A stretch of 64,000 bases of DNA from positions 41,631,007-41,695,006 of the forward strand of contig NC_090406.1 of assembly GCF_036365525.1 (NCBI RefSeq), written 5' to 3'. The notes below the pieces were generated by a model, which saw only the letters and a list, made by a program, of their open reading frames with translations, was not told the DNA's origin and searched no databases. The DNA is from Heterodontus francisci. Lineage: Eukaryota. Position 1 is the first letter of the stretch, and every line of letters starts with the position of its first letter. Both the position numbers and the translations under genes were made by a program. This document shows, piece after piece, positions 13,178 to 27,309 of this stretch.

Positions 13178-14099
13178 CGCCCGCACTCGAGTAAATCGAT
13201 AGCAATCCCTAGAGTCCACACATTTGCAGATAAATGTGGAAATCATCGAGTTGCTTTCCAATTTGATCTACTCCTCCAGAGGCTTCACTTCACCCATACT
13301 TTGCTGGTAGACTGGTATTGAAATCCCTGTAAATGCGTGAAGTTGTGCTACACACACCAGAAAAAGTTAGGGATCATTCATTCAGATGTAAGGGAAATTT
13401 AACAATGTGATGAGCTTTAATTACTGTCAAACCAAATCTCTGGCACTTAAAATTAAATTTTACAACTATGGACTCTCATTTCTTCTTTCATTCTCTTTCT
13501 TAAAAAGTTAAAGTTTAAATTATTAAAAGAACATTTATTTATGCCCATTTAGTCTCTCTCTCTCTCTCTTAATCCAGTTTTTCTTTCCCTCACTTTATGT
13601 TGCTTTCTGTACATAATTTCAGAATGAATTAAATATTCTAATTGATACTTCCTGTTTTAGACTCTGCATGGCTCCGTGAGGATTCTTCAATCTGATTGGT
13701 CTGTTGATTGACCTGCTCACATATGCCAGATATCAGCTGTAGAGGGCACTGTGCTGGATCAGAGGCCCAATGACAGCAAGTTGCTGCTCAAATGCCTGTG
13801 AGAGGTCTGTGGGCATCTGTAGTGAGAAGTGAGAGCCGTTCCTTCGCTGCTGTCTGCAGAATCCGGAACAATAAACACATTATTTCATCTTCATGACATC
13901 TTGTAACACTTTAGGACAAATAGATTACTTTTGAAGTGCAATTGCTGTTTAGTTTGTAATTTCAAGGTCATTATTTGTTCTAGCCTGGAAATAAATATTG
14001 GAGATATCCCAGGAAGATGGCACTGAAAGCAGAGCAGGTGAAAAACAGCAAGATTTTATGGTTCAGCATTTAATTTCTGAACTCTGAGATTTAATTGCT

Positions 14100-15160
14100 T
14101 CTTCGCCATCCAGTACTGGATGAGCAGCAACTTCCTACAATTAAATATTGGGAAGATGAGAGCCATTGCCTTAAGTCCCCACTGCAAACTCTGATCTCTA
14201 ACCACTGATTCCAACGCCCTTCCTGGTCACGATCTGAGACGGAACCAGACTGTTTACAACCTTGGAATCCTAACTGAGCCTGAGTTGAGCTTCAGACCCA
14301 ATATCCTCTCCATTACCAAGACTGCCTACTTCCACCTCTGTCATGTTGCACATCTCCATCCTTGCCTCAGCACATCTGCTGCTGCAACTCTCATCCATGG
14401 CTTTGCTCATTCAGATTTGACAATTCCAATACTCTCCTTTCCAGCTTCTCAACTATTACCAACGTTTCCACTCAGCTACATGGGTGCGCAGTCATGCAAC
14501 AGTCGAAAATGTGCCCTGCAGGGAACTAACAGATCACGCTTAAGCTGTAGTCCCTTTACAAAGTGCGAATGTGCAGTCACAAGGCAATGTTACAGGAATT
14601 GTGCAGTTCAACAAATGAACTGTGCACAGTGAAGGGAAATTAAAGAGAACATTGCCTACCATCCTCTGTAAATATGAGCTCATCCAAATCTCTGTTGCCT
14701 GTATCCTAATTTGCACCATCCAATTCACCCATCACCCCTGTGCTTGCAAACCTACATTGATTTTCGGGCCAGCAATGCCTAGATTCTAATATTCTCATCC
14801 TTTTTTAAAAATCACTCCATGGCCTCATGCCTCCCTATCTCTGTAATCTACTGCAGCTCGACAACACTTCAAGATCTCTACACTCTTCCAATTCCAGCCT
14901 CCTGAGCATCACTCCATCATTGGTAGCCGTACCTTTGGTAGCCTAACACTAACCTCTGGAATTCCCTCCCTAAACCTCTCTGCATCTCTCTCCTTTAAGA
15001 CACAATTTTAACTTACCTCTTTGATCATGTTTTTGGTTCCTTGTCCTAATGTCTCTTTATGTGGCTTGGTATCAAATTTTTGTCTGATTATGGTCCTGTG
15101 AAGCGCCTTGGAATATTTTGCTATTTTAAAAGTGCTATATAAATGCAAGTTGTTGTTATT
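14100..15160 (+). mobile_element. Decayed L2 LINE 3' part (related fragments in the other duplicated units)
   Basis: KTAYFHL..., HITP.LA.LHW-like coding remnants and tail gtgctatataaatgcaagttgttgtt. Confidence 0.6.
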
Positions 15161-15646
15161 GAGATATGTAACACAAGGCTTTTGTTTCGTACATTAGTGG
15201 TGTCAAAACTATAGCCCTTGGGCCAGACTGCATTTTAGCAATAGAAGCCCAGGGAAATCAGTTCTATTTGTGCCTACATTTCTGATTTGCTGTCCTATTG
15301 AGTGGGCTGTTTAACTATCTTAACTCGATAGTTATCTCAATTCTCTTCATTTTAAGACTATGTAGCGTTGCCCAGCACTTTATTGTTTTTGGGACAAGTT
15401 GGCTTTTTGCTGGACGAAGGAAATGAGGACTTATCGTTTCAGGTCAAAGACCTTTGATCAGAACTCGTCATCGATCAGAAATGTTGACTCTTTCTGTCTC
15501 CACGTGTGAAGTGATTTTCAACTTTTAATATCATATTTCCAGCATCCGCAGTATTTTTCTTGTTTGCATGTACCTGCGTGTATGTGGGATCCTAAAAACA
15601 CAATAATCCCTCCCCTAGAATGATTAAATGTGGAAATGTTACTGAT

Positions 15647-18600
15647 TGTGATGAAGTTCTAGTAAGCTGAGGCGTTGCGTGGACTGTTAGGTGCTATGAC
15701 TTTGGATTCAAAGCTTGTGTTTTCTTATTTCTAAGACAGTCATTCGCTGTAAATGAAGCGGAAAGCTCCGTAGAGTTCTGGAAAAGACAAGGCTGGACCT
15801 AACCAGTTTGAAACACACAGTCTTATGATTAGAAACATATGACTGGAAGCTCAGGTTTCAGTTCAGAAGAACTCTATGCAGTGGATGGAAGCAAAAACAG
15901 CCAGCTGTTGTTTTAGAGAAACAAGCTGAGAGCTGTTGGTTTTAAAACAAAGACTTGATTCTACAAGCGGGCCCTTGGCAAATACAAACAGCTTGAGCTG
16001 TTTTGGTGACTTAAAGAGCTACTTGAGGCAGCACTGGTGGAGCTACGCCATCAGGACTGTTGTGGGAAAACATGGAAATTCCAGTAGGGTTTGCAATTTT
16101 GGTGGAGCTGGTATTGGTGGAGTTTGGTTTGCAAGGGAACCGCCAATGAATGAATATCAGCATTGGCAGCTGGAAGACGGGTTTTGGAGATCTACTGGTA
16201 AAGTTCAAAGATCTGAAGGACTTTGTGGCTGTAATTGGTGTTCCATTTGCTGAGAGGACTATCCAAAATTGTGAGAATTATCTTTGTTTCATCTGATAAT
16301 TAACGATTAATCTTTACAGATATATATGTCGACCAATATTTAACTGTTAGTTTATATTTAATTTACGTTGATTTTGCTTTGAGTGTTAAAGTAAAATTTA
16401 TAAAAGTGAAATCTTGGCTATTTGGTTTTTGTTTCCTAAACTGGGATCAGTTGGTGGATTCGATTAGAGTCATAGAGTTATACAAGCACAGAAACAGGCC
16501 CTTTGGCCCATTGTGTCTGTGCCGGCCTTCAAGCACAAAACTATTCGAATCCCATTTTCCAGCACTTGGCCCGTAGCCCTGTATGCTATTGCATTTCAAG
16601 TGCTCATCTAAATACTTCTTAAATGTTGTGAGGGTTCCTGCCTCTACCTCTTCAGGCAGTGCGTTCCAGATTCCAACCACCGTCTGGGTGAAACTTTTTT
16701 CCTCAAATCCCCTCTAAACCTCCTGCCCCTTACTTTAAATCTATGCCCCCTGGTTATTGACCCCTCCGCTAAAGGAAAAAGTTTCTTCTTATCTAACCTA
16801 TAAAGGCCTCTCATAATTTTGTATACCTCAATCATATCCCCCCTCAGCTTTCTCTGCTCTAAGGAAAACAACCCTAGCCTTTTCAGTCTCTCTTCATAGC
16901 TGAAATGCTCCAGACCAGGCAACATCCTGCTGAATCTCCTCTGCACCCTCTCCAGTGCAATCACATCCTTCCGATAATGTGGTGCTCAGAACTGTACACA
17001 ATACTTCAGCTGTGGCCTAACTTGTGTTTCATACAGCTCCATCATAACCTCCCTGCTCTTATATTCTATGCCTCGGCTAATAAAGGCAAGTATCCCATAT
17101 GCCTTCCGAACCATCTTATCTACCTGTGCTGCTGCCTTCAGTGATGTATGGACAAGTACACCAAGGTCCCTCTGACCCTCTGTACTTCCTAGGGTCCTAC
17201 CATCCATTGTATATTCCCTTGCCTGTTAGTCCTCCCAAAATGCATCACCTCACACTTCTCAGGATTACTTCCATTTGTCACTGCTCTGCCCATCTTATCA
17301 GCCCATCTATATCATCCTGTCATCCAAGACTTTCCTCCTCACTATTTACGACACCACCAATTTTCATGCCATCGGCGAACTTACTGATCATACCTCCTCT
17401 ACTCATGTCTAAATCATTAATGTACACTACAAACAGCAAGGGTCCCAGCACTGATCCCTGTGGTACACAGGGTTCCAATCGCAAAAACAACCCTCGACCA
17501 TCACCCGTTGCCCCCTGCCACTAAGCCAATTTTGGATCCAATTTGCCAAATTGCCCTGGATCCCATGGGCTCTTACCTTCTTAACCAATCTCTCATCTGG
17601 GACCTTAACAAAAGCCTTACTGAAGTCCATGTAGATTACATCAACTGCTTTACCCTCATTGACACATCTTGTCACCACCTCGAAAAATTCAATCAAGTTA
17701 GTTCGACATGATCTCCCCCTGACAAAACCATACTGACTATCCCTGATAAATCCCTGCCTCTCCATGTGGAGATTAATCCTGTCCCTCAGAATTTTTTCCA
17801 ATAGTTTCCCTACCACTGATGTTAGGCTCACCGGCTATAATTACCTGGTTTATCCCTGCTACCTTTCTTGGATACTGGTACCACATTTGCTGTCCTCCAA
17901 TCCTGTGGTACCTCTCCTGTGGCCAGAGAGGATTTGACAATTTGTGTCAAAGCCCCTGCTATCTCCTCCCTTGCCTCACATAACAGCCTGGGATACATCT
18001 AATCTGGGCCTGGGGATTTATCCACTTTTAAGCCCGCTAAAACCACTAATACCTCCTCCCTTTCAATGCTAATTTGTTCAAGTATATCACAATCCCCCTC
18101 CCTGATCTCTACACCTGCATCGTCCTTCTCCATAGTGAACACAGATGAAAAGTAATCATTTAAAACCTCACCAATGTCCTCTGGCTCCACACACAGATTG
18201 CCACTTTGGTCCCTAATGGGCCCTACTCTTTCCCTGGTTATCGTCTTGCCCTTCATATACTTATAAAACACCTTAGGATTTTCTTTGATCTTGCCCGCCA
18301 TATTTTATCATGTCCCCTCTTCGCTCTCTTAATTACTTTTTAAAGTAGCCCCCATACCTTCTGTATTCCTCTCGTGTCTCTGCTGTTTTCGGTGCGCTGA
18401 ATCTGCCGTAAGCCTCCTTTTGTTTCCTTATCCTATCCTCCATGTCCCTTGACATCCGGGGCTCCCTGGAATTGTTGGTCCTCCCCTTCACCTTAATGGG
18501 AATATGTTGACTTTGAACTCTCACTATTTCCTCTTCGAATGACTCCCACTGGTCTGATGTATACTTTCCTATAAGTAGCTGCTCCCAGTCCACTTTGGCC

Positions 18601-19029
18601 AGATCCTGTTTTGTCATATTGAAATTGGCCTTCCCCCAATTCAGTACCTTTATTTCCGGTCCATCTTTGTCCTTATCCATAACTACCTTAAATCTTACAA
18701 AGTTATGGTCATTATCCCCGAAATGTTCCCCCATTGACACTTCTACCACTTGTCTGGCTTCATTCCCTAGGATTAGGTCCAGTACTGCCCTTTCTCTTGT
18801 AGGACACAGTCTCCTCAGCTTGGCCGTATCTATGTAGCAGTGAACACAACAGCACCTTTTGTGGCTTGTACATAGTGTGGTAGCATGTAAAATGTGCCAG
18901 AGCTGGATAGCAGTCCTTGAATTAGCAGGTAAGGCAAATCAGATGGGCCTCAGCAGTGTTTGAATGAAATACTGTGGCTGGTTCAAAAAGCTCTCCTGTT
19001 TGTTGGTGGTATCCACGGGGATCATTACA
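15647..19029. mobile_element. Solo LTR (about 0.8 kb) split by a CR1 insertion; predates the duplication
   Basis: tgtgatga...tcattaca, TSD tgat/agat; uninterrupted paralogue at 47399-48218. Confidence 0.75.
16466..18804 (-). mobile_element. 5'-truncated CR1 LINE
   Basis: CR1 ORF2 fragments in ORFs from 16447 to 18749; absent from the paralogous LTR at 48180. Confidence 0.9.
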
Positions 19030-19462
19030 AGATGGAAATAAATAAAGCAATCTCTACATTATGAAAGTTATAAAATGATGAAACTAAGAGACCTGTGAAT
19101 ATTATGCATTAAGAGTGAATCACTCATGTTGGTTGCCATCTGCCCCACTCTTTGAAGATAAACCTGCCCAAATCCTTCCTAATATCTCATTCCCTGCCAC
19201 CAGCATGACTCAATTGCCTGTGCATCCAAGCCCCAGATACCAGGCACTGAGGGACATGGTGCCTTCCCATCCTGAACTGAAGTGTAGTACAGAAGTATTT
19301 CATTCAAACACTGCTGAGGCCCATCTGATTTGCCTTACCTACTAATTCAAGGACTGCTATCCAGCTCTGGCACATTTTACATGCTACCACACTGTGTACA
19401 AGCCACAAAAGGTGCTGTTGTGTTCACTGCTACATAGATACAGCCAAACTGAGGAGACTGTG
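18805..19462. repeat. 169-bp inverted repeat, arms 18805-18973 and 19294-19462
   Basis: Arms are reverse complements with 4 mismatches by manual comparison. Confidence 0.92.
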
Positions 19463-20174
19463 GCCGAAAGCAGGTAACAAGGAAAAAAATCAGGTGAACA
19501 GTTGGATTTTACCCACAGTGGCGCTGAAGGTGGGGGCCAAATTTCTGTTTGGATGGTGAAAGTGGCAGAGTGCAGGTATGGTCCAGTGTATTTTTGGTGG
19601 TCCCCTTGCAGACCCCTAGGATTCATGGACCTCCAGTTGAGAACCCTAGCTCTAGGCTATCTTAATGGATTGAACAATCCTTTGCCGAAGTTGTGGCCAC
19701 CAGGAGACGGGCCCTTGTATAAAATGAGACAATTTCAAACCTTCTGAGTTTTTTATAGTCGGTCCTGATAATCAGCATATTTTACTCTCCTCCCCTCTAA
19801 ACCACGTCCATGATTATACTGACAGGGCTGTTGGTGATATAAATTATCTGACCTCAGGAACTTGATGGTGTCCGGCTTTTCGGCCACAATTCCGACTCCA
19901 TCATCATTATGGTGACAACCAGGGTTGTGGGTTTTTGTCCAAAGGTACTTTTGATTGCCATGCTTTGGGTACTGTCCCTTTAAATCGCAGGAGATAAGCA
20001 CTTTAAAAGAAATGCCTGCAATTCAGATTCCAGTATAAAGTCTATTGCATTTGAAGTGATGGCAGATAAGAGTGGTGTATGTGGTCTTTCAGATAGCCTT
20101 TGACAAGGTTTCGCTAAGGAGACCACTGGAGAAGATTAAGGGATAGTGGAAGTAGGTGAAAACTAACTAATTGG

Positions 20175-21294
20175 TGTAAGATTTGATATGATAGGCATGG
20201 TTTATATCCCCTGTTAAGGTGGACACAGACTTGGCAGCACAAAGTTGGGTGTGAATCGACTTTATTGACATAAAGGTAAAGACAAGTTTGTTTAGTTTCT
20301 GATAACCCATAGTCACAAACTCAGGCAGTGAGTAATAGCTTGTCAGCCATTACCCATATTAGAGACTGGATGGCAGAGTGCACAACTCTTTCTCTTGCAG
20401 CTTTTGGTCTTCAAGTTTTCCTTGTTGGTCTCACTCTCTTGTCTTTTGTTGTTGTTCAAAAATCCAGTAACTAAGGCAGGAATTTTTTTATCCTGGCAGC
20501 TTTCCAGTTAACCTTCCCCTCTCCCAATCAGTGATTAGTCCTCTATTAAAGGATGTCTTTCTTAACCAATCAAGGATCATTTTGTGATGCTTGCTAACCT
20601 TTTGGATTTGTGCAACGAGCACACCTTTTTATTGACTACTTTATCTCAATGCTTTTACATTCCAACGTTCCTTACTTGATTACAAGGCAAATCTACACAG
20701 AAGCTGTTTTCACTGTCTGCTCTCAAGGTCTCGCCCTTTTTATGCAAGTAAGCATTTTAAAACTTGACATAATCTCCCAGAATTCATCTACCTTGACATC
20801 TTGTCTATACTCTGCCTTATTTCCTAAGTTTTCCCACTTTACTATATATTATATTTAGAGATACAGCACTGAAACAGGCCATTCAGCCAACTGAGTCTAT
20901 GCTGACCAACAACCACCCATTTTATACTAATCCTACATTAGCTCCATATTCCCTACCACATCCCCACCATTCTTCTACCTACACTAGGGGCAATTTACCT
21001 ATCACCTGCAAGTCTTTGGCTGTGGGAGGAAACCAGAGCACCCGGCAGAAACCCACGCGGTCACAGGGAGAACTTGCAAATTCCGCACAGACAGTACCCA
21101 GAACTGAACCCAGGTCACTGGAGCTGTGAGGCTGCGGTGCTAACCACTGCACCACTGTGCTGCCCTACTCCAAAGAGGGTTCTAATAAATCTAAATGTTA
21201 GTTTATGATAGTAAGTTAGTTGTTAGTTTATAACAGCTGGATTTTAACAATTAGTACTCTGGTTCGTAACTTTTAGTAACCTTATAATCTTACA
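20175..21294. mobile_element. Solo LTR with nested V-SINE
   Basis: tgtaagatt...aatcttaca terminal inverted 9-mer, perfect TSD ttgg; empty site at about 50074 in the paralogue. Confidence 0.85.
20855..21165 (-). mobile_element. HE1-like V-SINE
   Basis: tRNA-like head, V-domain tgtgcggaatttgcaagttctcc..., CR1-like tail. Confidence 0.8.
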
Positions 21295-22049
21295 TTGGAT
21301 TAAAACTGGTTATAATGGAGGAAACAGAATGTAAGGGTTAAGGGCAGTTTCTCAGACCAGTTGCAAGTGGGTAGTGGTGTCTCACAGTGTCTGTTCTGGG
21401 ATCATTTCCAAAACAAGGGAGAAACAATCTGAAAATATAGTAAGCGCATTATCTTGTCTTCAAGACATTGTGAAGCACTTCAGAACATATACATTGCATC
21501 TGAAGTGCAATTGCTGTTACAATTTGTTTCTACCAGGAGAAGTAATATTGGAGATATCCAACAATCATAGCACTGAAAACTCAGCAGGTGAAATAAATGC
21601 ATGCTTTTACCGTTCAACATTTCACTTCTGAACCCTGAGATTTATTTGCTTGCCTGACATCTAGTACAGGATGAGCAGAAATTTCCTCCAATTAAGCCAT
21701 TGTGTTTGGTTCCCACCATGAATTCCATTCTCTAGCCACCGAGTCCACCCCTCTCGCTGGCCACTGTTTGAGGCTGAACGAGACTGTTTGCCAACATAGC
21801 ATCCAATTTGACCCTGAGCTCAGCTTCTGACTCCATATCCTCTCTCTCACTAAGACCGTCTAACTGTAACATTGTATGCCTGCGCCTCTGCCTCAGCTCA
21901 TCTGTTGCTGAAACCCTCATGCATCCTTTGTTACCTCAAGACACGACAATTCCAAATCTCTCCTCCCATCTATTCCCCACAAAGTAAAGCCTTTCCACAA
22001 CTCTGCTTCCCATATCCTAACTCGCACAAGTCCTGTTCACCCTTCACCT

Positions 22050-23377
22050 AGACTGAACATCTAGAAACATTTCAGTTATCAGGGACAGCCAGCATGGATT
22101 CATGACGGGAAGGTCATGTCTGACAAATCTCATTGAATTTTTTGAAGAGGTGACTAAGGTAGTGGACAGAGGAGTGTCTATGGATGTTATTTATATGGAC
22201 TTCCAGAAGGCATTTGATAAAGTCCCACACAAGAGACTGTTAACTAAGGTAGAAGCCCATGGAGTTGAGGGCAAATTATTGACATGGTTAGAAAGTTGGT
22301 TGAGTGGTAGGCGACAGAGAGTGGGGATAATGGGCAAGTACTCCGATTGGCAGGATGTGACTAGTGATGTCCCGCAGGGATCTGTGATGGGGCCTCAATT
22401 ATTTACATTATTCATTAATGACTTGGATGATGGCATAGTAAGTCATATATCCAAATTTGCTGATGATACAAAGTTAGGTGGCATTGTAGACAGTCTAGAT
22501 GATAGCATAAAATTGCAAAGAGATATTGACAGACTAGGTGAGTGGCAAAACTGTGGCAGATGGATTTCAATGCGGGTAAGTGTGAGATTATCCATTTTGG
22601 ACCAAAAAAGGATAGAGCAGGGTACTTTCTAAATGGGAAGAGGTTAAGCACAGTGGATGTCCAAAGAGACTTAGGGGTTCAGGTGCATAGATCTTTAAAA
22701 TGCCACGGGCAAGTGCAGAAAATAATCAAAATGGCTAATGGAATGCTAGCCTTTATATCTAGAGGATTGGAGTATAAAGACACAGTGGTTATGCTGCAGC
22801 TGTACAAAACCCTGGTTAGATCCCACTTGGAGGACTGTGAGCAGTTCTAGGCATCGCACCTTAGGAAGGATATATTGGCCTTGGAGGGAGTGCAATGTAG
22901 GTTTACAAGAATGATACCTGGACTACAGGGGTTAAGTTAAGAGGAGCGATTACACAAATTAGGTCTGTTTTCGCTAGAATTTAGAAGGTTAAGGGGTGAT
23001 CTGATCGAAGTCTTCAAGATATTAACAGGAAAAGACAGGCTGGATAAAGATAAACTATTTCCACTGGTTGGAGATTCTAAAACTAGGGGGCATAGTCTAA
23101 AAATTAGGAGCAGACCGTTCAGGAGAGATGTTAGGAAGCACTTCTTCATGCAAAGGGTGGTAGAGGTTTGGAACTCTCTCCCACAAACAGCAGTTGAAGC
23201 TAGAACAGTTGTTAATTTTAAATCTGAGATAGATAGATTTTTATTAAGCAAAGATATTAAGGGATATGGGTCAAAGGCAGGTATATGCAGATAGGCTGCG
23301 GATCAGCCATAATCTCATTGAATGGTGGGACAGGCTCGAGGGGCTGAATGGCCTACTCCTGTTCCTATGTTCCTATG
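22050..23377 (+). mobile_element. 5'-truncated CR1 LINE
   Basis: ORF 22102..22632 with RT motifs (KAFDKVPH, VPQGS, FADD); (cctatgtt)n tail; TSD ttcacct. Confidence 0.9.
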
Positions 23378-24041
23378 TTCACCTCTGTGCTCGCTGACCT
23401 ACACTGGCTCCCGGTCAAGCAATGCTGCGATTTTAAATTCTGGTCCATAGCCTCACTCCTCCATATTTCTGTAATCGTTCCCACATCCCTCTGAGATTTC
23501 TGTGCTGGTTTAATTCTGGCCTCTTGAGCACCCCTAATTTTAATTATTGTGCCAGTGTGGACCATGTAATGTGAGGCTTTTATTATTTACGTTAGGGATG
23601 TCAAACTGTAACTCATGGACCTGAAGTAGCTCCTGCATTCTAGCATTAAAATAGCCGACCAAACCAATCCTATATGTGGTTATGTTTCTAATTCGATGTT
23701 CCATTTGAGTGAGCTGTTTTGCTTTTTAGACTTGATAATTAAACTTGATTATCCCATTGCTCTCCTGGACAATCTCTCATCCCACGCCCTCCATAGTTGT
23801 CAGATGATCCGGAACACTGCAGCCTGCATCATATCCTGCACCAGGTTCTGTTCACTGAGAGCCCCTACTCCTGCTAACCAACATTGCCTCTCTTTCCAGC
23901 AAGGTCTTCACTTCAAACTTCTTATCCTTGAATACCTCATCCTCCCCAACTCCGTAATCTCCTCCAGTCCTGCAACCCTGCCAGTCTCTAAACTGGGCCG
24001 TATGGTGTTTAGGATACATTTCTTTGTATAAACTCACTGTC

Positions 24042-24490
24042 TGAGGAAAAACGGAAGGTAAATTAACTGATGGTCAGGTCGGTTTGGGTGTGGGAAAAAA
24101 AGGAAGGACTCGGGCTGGGTTAGGCACGGGGTCGGATGGGGTTCTGTCGGGCTCAGGTCGGGTCTCATTTGCAGGCCTTTACTACATAGCCTTCTCCAGT
24201 ACGAAAAGCAACCATTTACCACTAGTCTCTGTTTCCTGTCACTCAGCCAAATTTGTATACATGCTGCTACTGTACCTTTTATTTCACGAGTTCTAACTTC
24301 ACTCACAAGCCTGTTATGTGGCACTTTATCAAATGCCTTTTGGAAGTCAATGCACACCACATTAAAATCATTACCCTTATCAATCCTCTCTGGTACTTCA
24401 TCAAAAAAACTCAAACAAGTTAGTGATTTTCCCTTAACAAAACCATGCAGCCTTTCCTTAATTAATCCACATTTCTCTAAGTGACTGTTT
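24042..24490 (-). mobile_element. hAT MITE fragment joined to an old CR1 RT fragment
   Basis: gcaggccttta TIR at about 24171-24181; ORF 24034..24414 carries DFQKAFDKVPH. Confidence 0.65.
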
Positions 24491-25217
24491 AAACAGTGAG
24501 TGTCTGACAGTTACTTAAAGGAACATGTCAAATGGAACAGAAACCAAGACATTTGTGTAATGTGGGTATAAAATTCAGATTGAGAGGGTTTGATTGTGTT
24601 CTGGACAGTCCCTCTCCTTAAAATAACAGTGCACAGTTCCTGCTGGGACCCAGGTGTTTTGTCAGTTTCACACTCACTTGGGGCAGCTGGTTGAGGCTGC
24701 ACTGAACTGCATTCAAATACTGAAAACTGATTGGCTGAAGCTGCTTCAACCAATCCCCTTTAATATTTAAATGAGGTATAATTGGCTCACAATGTTCTGA
24801 TTCTATGAAAATAGCAGAAACTCAGATAATAAAATGTATTTAGAAGTTAGAATATGTTTAACAGACTTAGTAGTCAACTTCTGTTTGATAGGTTAGAATA
24901 TGATAATCTGGTTGTTGGCAAGTTAGTACATCTGTGACTAGTTAAAACATCAGCCCTTTCCTATTGAGCACGTTCCCTCACTGTTAAAACAGTGACAACA
25001 CATATAGCAAGATTATCTAAACACTAACTGAGGTGGTTCACCAACACACTGTCAGGATTCTGTAAGTGTAAAGTGAGGTGCTTGTTGAACAGTAAATGTT
25101 TCACATGGTTTCTCTGGTAGGAAGTTACCAGTAATGTTTGTTATATCAGTGTGTGGTATGGAGAAGCGCCACAGAAATCGAGTTTTACAAGGCATCTATT
25201 AATGAGAGAGCCACAAG

Positions 25218-26836
25218 TTAACCACTGCAAGAGTGAGGCCATGTTCTTTGGGAACTGGGCCGACCGATCCTTTGTCCCCTTCATCGTCAGGTCAGACTAC
25301 CTGTAGGTGGATCTGGTTCGGAAGGACTGGAGCGTGCGCCAAAACCTGGAAAGAGCGAGTAGCCAGGATACACTATAAACGAAGCATGTGGGAGCAGCGT
25401 TCTCTCTCCATTGTGGGTAAGAACCTGGTCATCAGGCGCGAGGCGCTCACGTTGTTGCTGTACATGGCGCAGGTCTGGCCCATACCCTACTCCTGCGCCC
25501 TGGTGGTCACCCAAGCCATTCTCCGCTTTATCTGGAGATGCAAAATGGACCGGGTCTGGAGGGACACGATGTTCAAACCCCTGGATAAGGGCAGGAAAAA
25601 TGTACCCAATGTCTCCCTCATCCTGATGACCACCTTCGTGTGCGGCTGCATCAAGCTGTGCATAGAGCCCCAATATGCAAACATCAAGTGTCACTACGTG
25701 CTGAGGTTCTATCTGTCCCCGGTGTTGCGAAGGATGGGTCTGGCCGCATTGCCGCGGAACGCTCCATCCAGTTGGACCAAGCTGTACCACCTTTCCTTTA
25801 TGGAAATGTTTCTGATGAAAAAACACCTTTGACCACCAATCCATCAGGCAGTGGTCTGCATGGAATGTCCTCAAGGCACTACGGGAAGAGGAGATGGTGG
25901 ATCCTCTCGGATGGTTCCCTGAGTAGACTGCCAAAGGCATTTGGCAGAATGCCTCATTACCAGAACTTTCAAACAAGTACCAAACATAGCTGGGCTGGTG
26001 GTGAGAAGGGCCATCCCCATTAGATCCTTTCTGCACACCTGGAGTCTCACCCCCTCAACACGCTGCCCTCGAGGTGGCTGTGGTGGGGAAGAGACAGTTG
26101 CCCAACTCCTTCTGGAATGTATCTTTGCAAAGCAGGTGTGGAAAGAGATGCAGTGACTTTTGCCGAGGTTCATCACAAGCAGCTCCGTAACACAGGAGTC
26201 TGTGCTCTACGGGCTGTTCCCAGGGATACACACTGAAATAAACATCAACTGCTGCTGGAGGATCATCAATTCAGTGAAAGACACTCTTTGGTCTGCCCAA
26301 AACTTGCTGGTCTTCCAGTGCAAAGTGTTGTCCATGACCGAGTGTTGCAGACTGGCACATTCCAAGGTCCAGGACTACGTGCTGAGGGATGCACTAATGC
26401 TTGGGGCAGCCGCAGCAAAGGCTCAATGAGGAAAGACCACTGTGTAAGGTCCTCCTGCCATTGTATACTAAGGGGCTGGACCTATGGAAAACCCTTTAGG
26501 TTGTATACACTAAATATGGGTTTGCTGTAAAATGTACATGGCATACAAAATGGAATGGAAGGGATGTGAGGCAACTCACTCCAGAGGATGTGAGAGGGAA
26601 AAATGGGATTAATGTAGGATTAGTATAAATGGGTAGTTGATGGTCAGCATGGACCCGGTGGGCCAAAGGGCCTGTTTCGGTGCTGTATCACTCTGTGACT
26701 CTATGATCGCTTTATTGAAGAAAACTGACTTCCTTTGCACTTTTTGGAATGTCAACTTGGTGCTGTTTTGAACTGTATTGTAAAGTATTGATTTTTACAG
26801 ATTTTTATGAATAAAGTATATTTTTGGGGGAAAAAA
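25218..26836 (+). mobile_element. 5'-truncated Tx1/L1-clade LINE
   Basis: ORF2 C-terminus with W..R.LS..GK.LV and zinc finger CPRGGCGGEETVAQLLLEC; 3' UTR with aataaa and A-tail; 65-bp flanking direct repeat; nested SINE/CR1 tail at about 26582-26705. Confidence 0.85.
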
Positions 26837-26954
26837 GTGGTATGCAGAAGCGTCACAGAAATCGAGTTTTACGAGGTATTTATTAATGAAAGAGCCACAA
26901 GCTGAGAGAATTGTATCAGAATGTTCTAAAGCAGAGTTCTTGTTATTGGCGAAG

Positions 26955-27228
26955 TGCTGGCGGGCAGCCATAAAGACAGGGCTAAATTGTGGCGAGTCGA
27001 AGAGACTTAGTAGTTGGCAGGAAAAAAGACAGAGGCGCAAGGGGAGAGCCAACTGTGCAACAGCCCCGACAAACAAATTTCTCTGCAGCACCTGTGGAAG
27101 AGCCTGTCACTCTAGAATTGGCCTTTATAGTCACTCCAGGCGCTGCTTCACAAACCACTGACCACCTCCAGGCGCGTATCCATTGTCTCTCGAGATAAGG
27201 AGGCCCAAAAGAAAAAAAAAGAAAAAAG
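26955..27228 (+). mobile_element. RTE-clade LINE 3' end
   Basis: C-terminal CSTCGRACHSRIGLYSHSRRC motif and A-rich tail. Confidence 0.75.
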
Positions 27229-27309
27229 ATCTGCAATTTAAATTCCATCCTTAGATAGAAGAAGCAGACAAACATAAAGAGGGAAGTGGCAAATATTACA
27301 GAATAAACT

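Larger units (their letters stand above)
13190..24040 (+). repeat. Segmental duplication, copy 1 (partner 37771-53932)
   Basis: Collinear non-coding homology, e.g. 13190 vs 37771, 14326 vs 45916, 19030 vs 48219, 21300 vs 50080, 24000 vs 53890, interrupted by copy-specific insertions. Confidence 0.9.

Noticed and set aside
14020-14045. CAGGTG E-box kept in all four module copies (14035, 21585, 38604, 51653) as an Ig enhancer
   Set aside because: The context resembles decayed repeat sequence, and shared ancestry explains the retention; no independent support.
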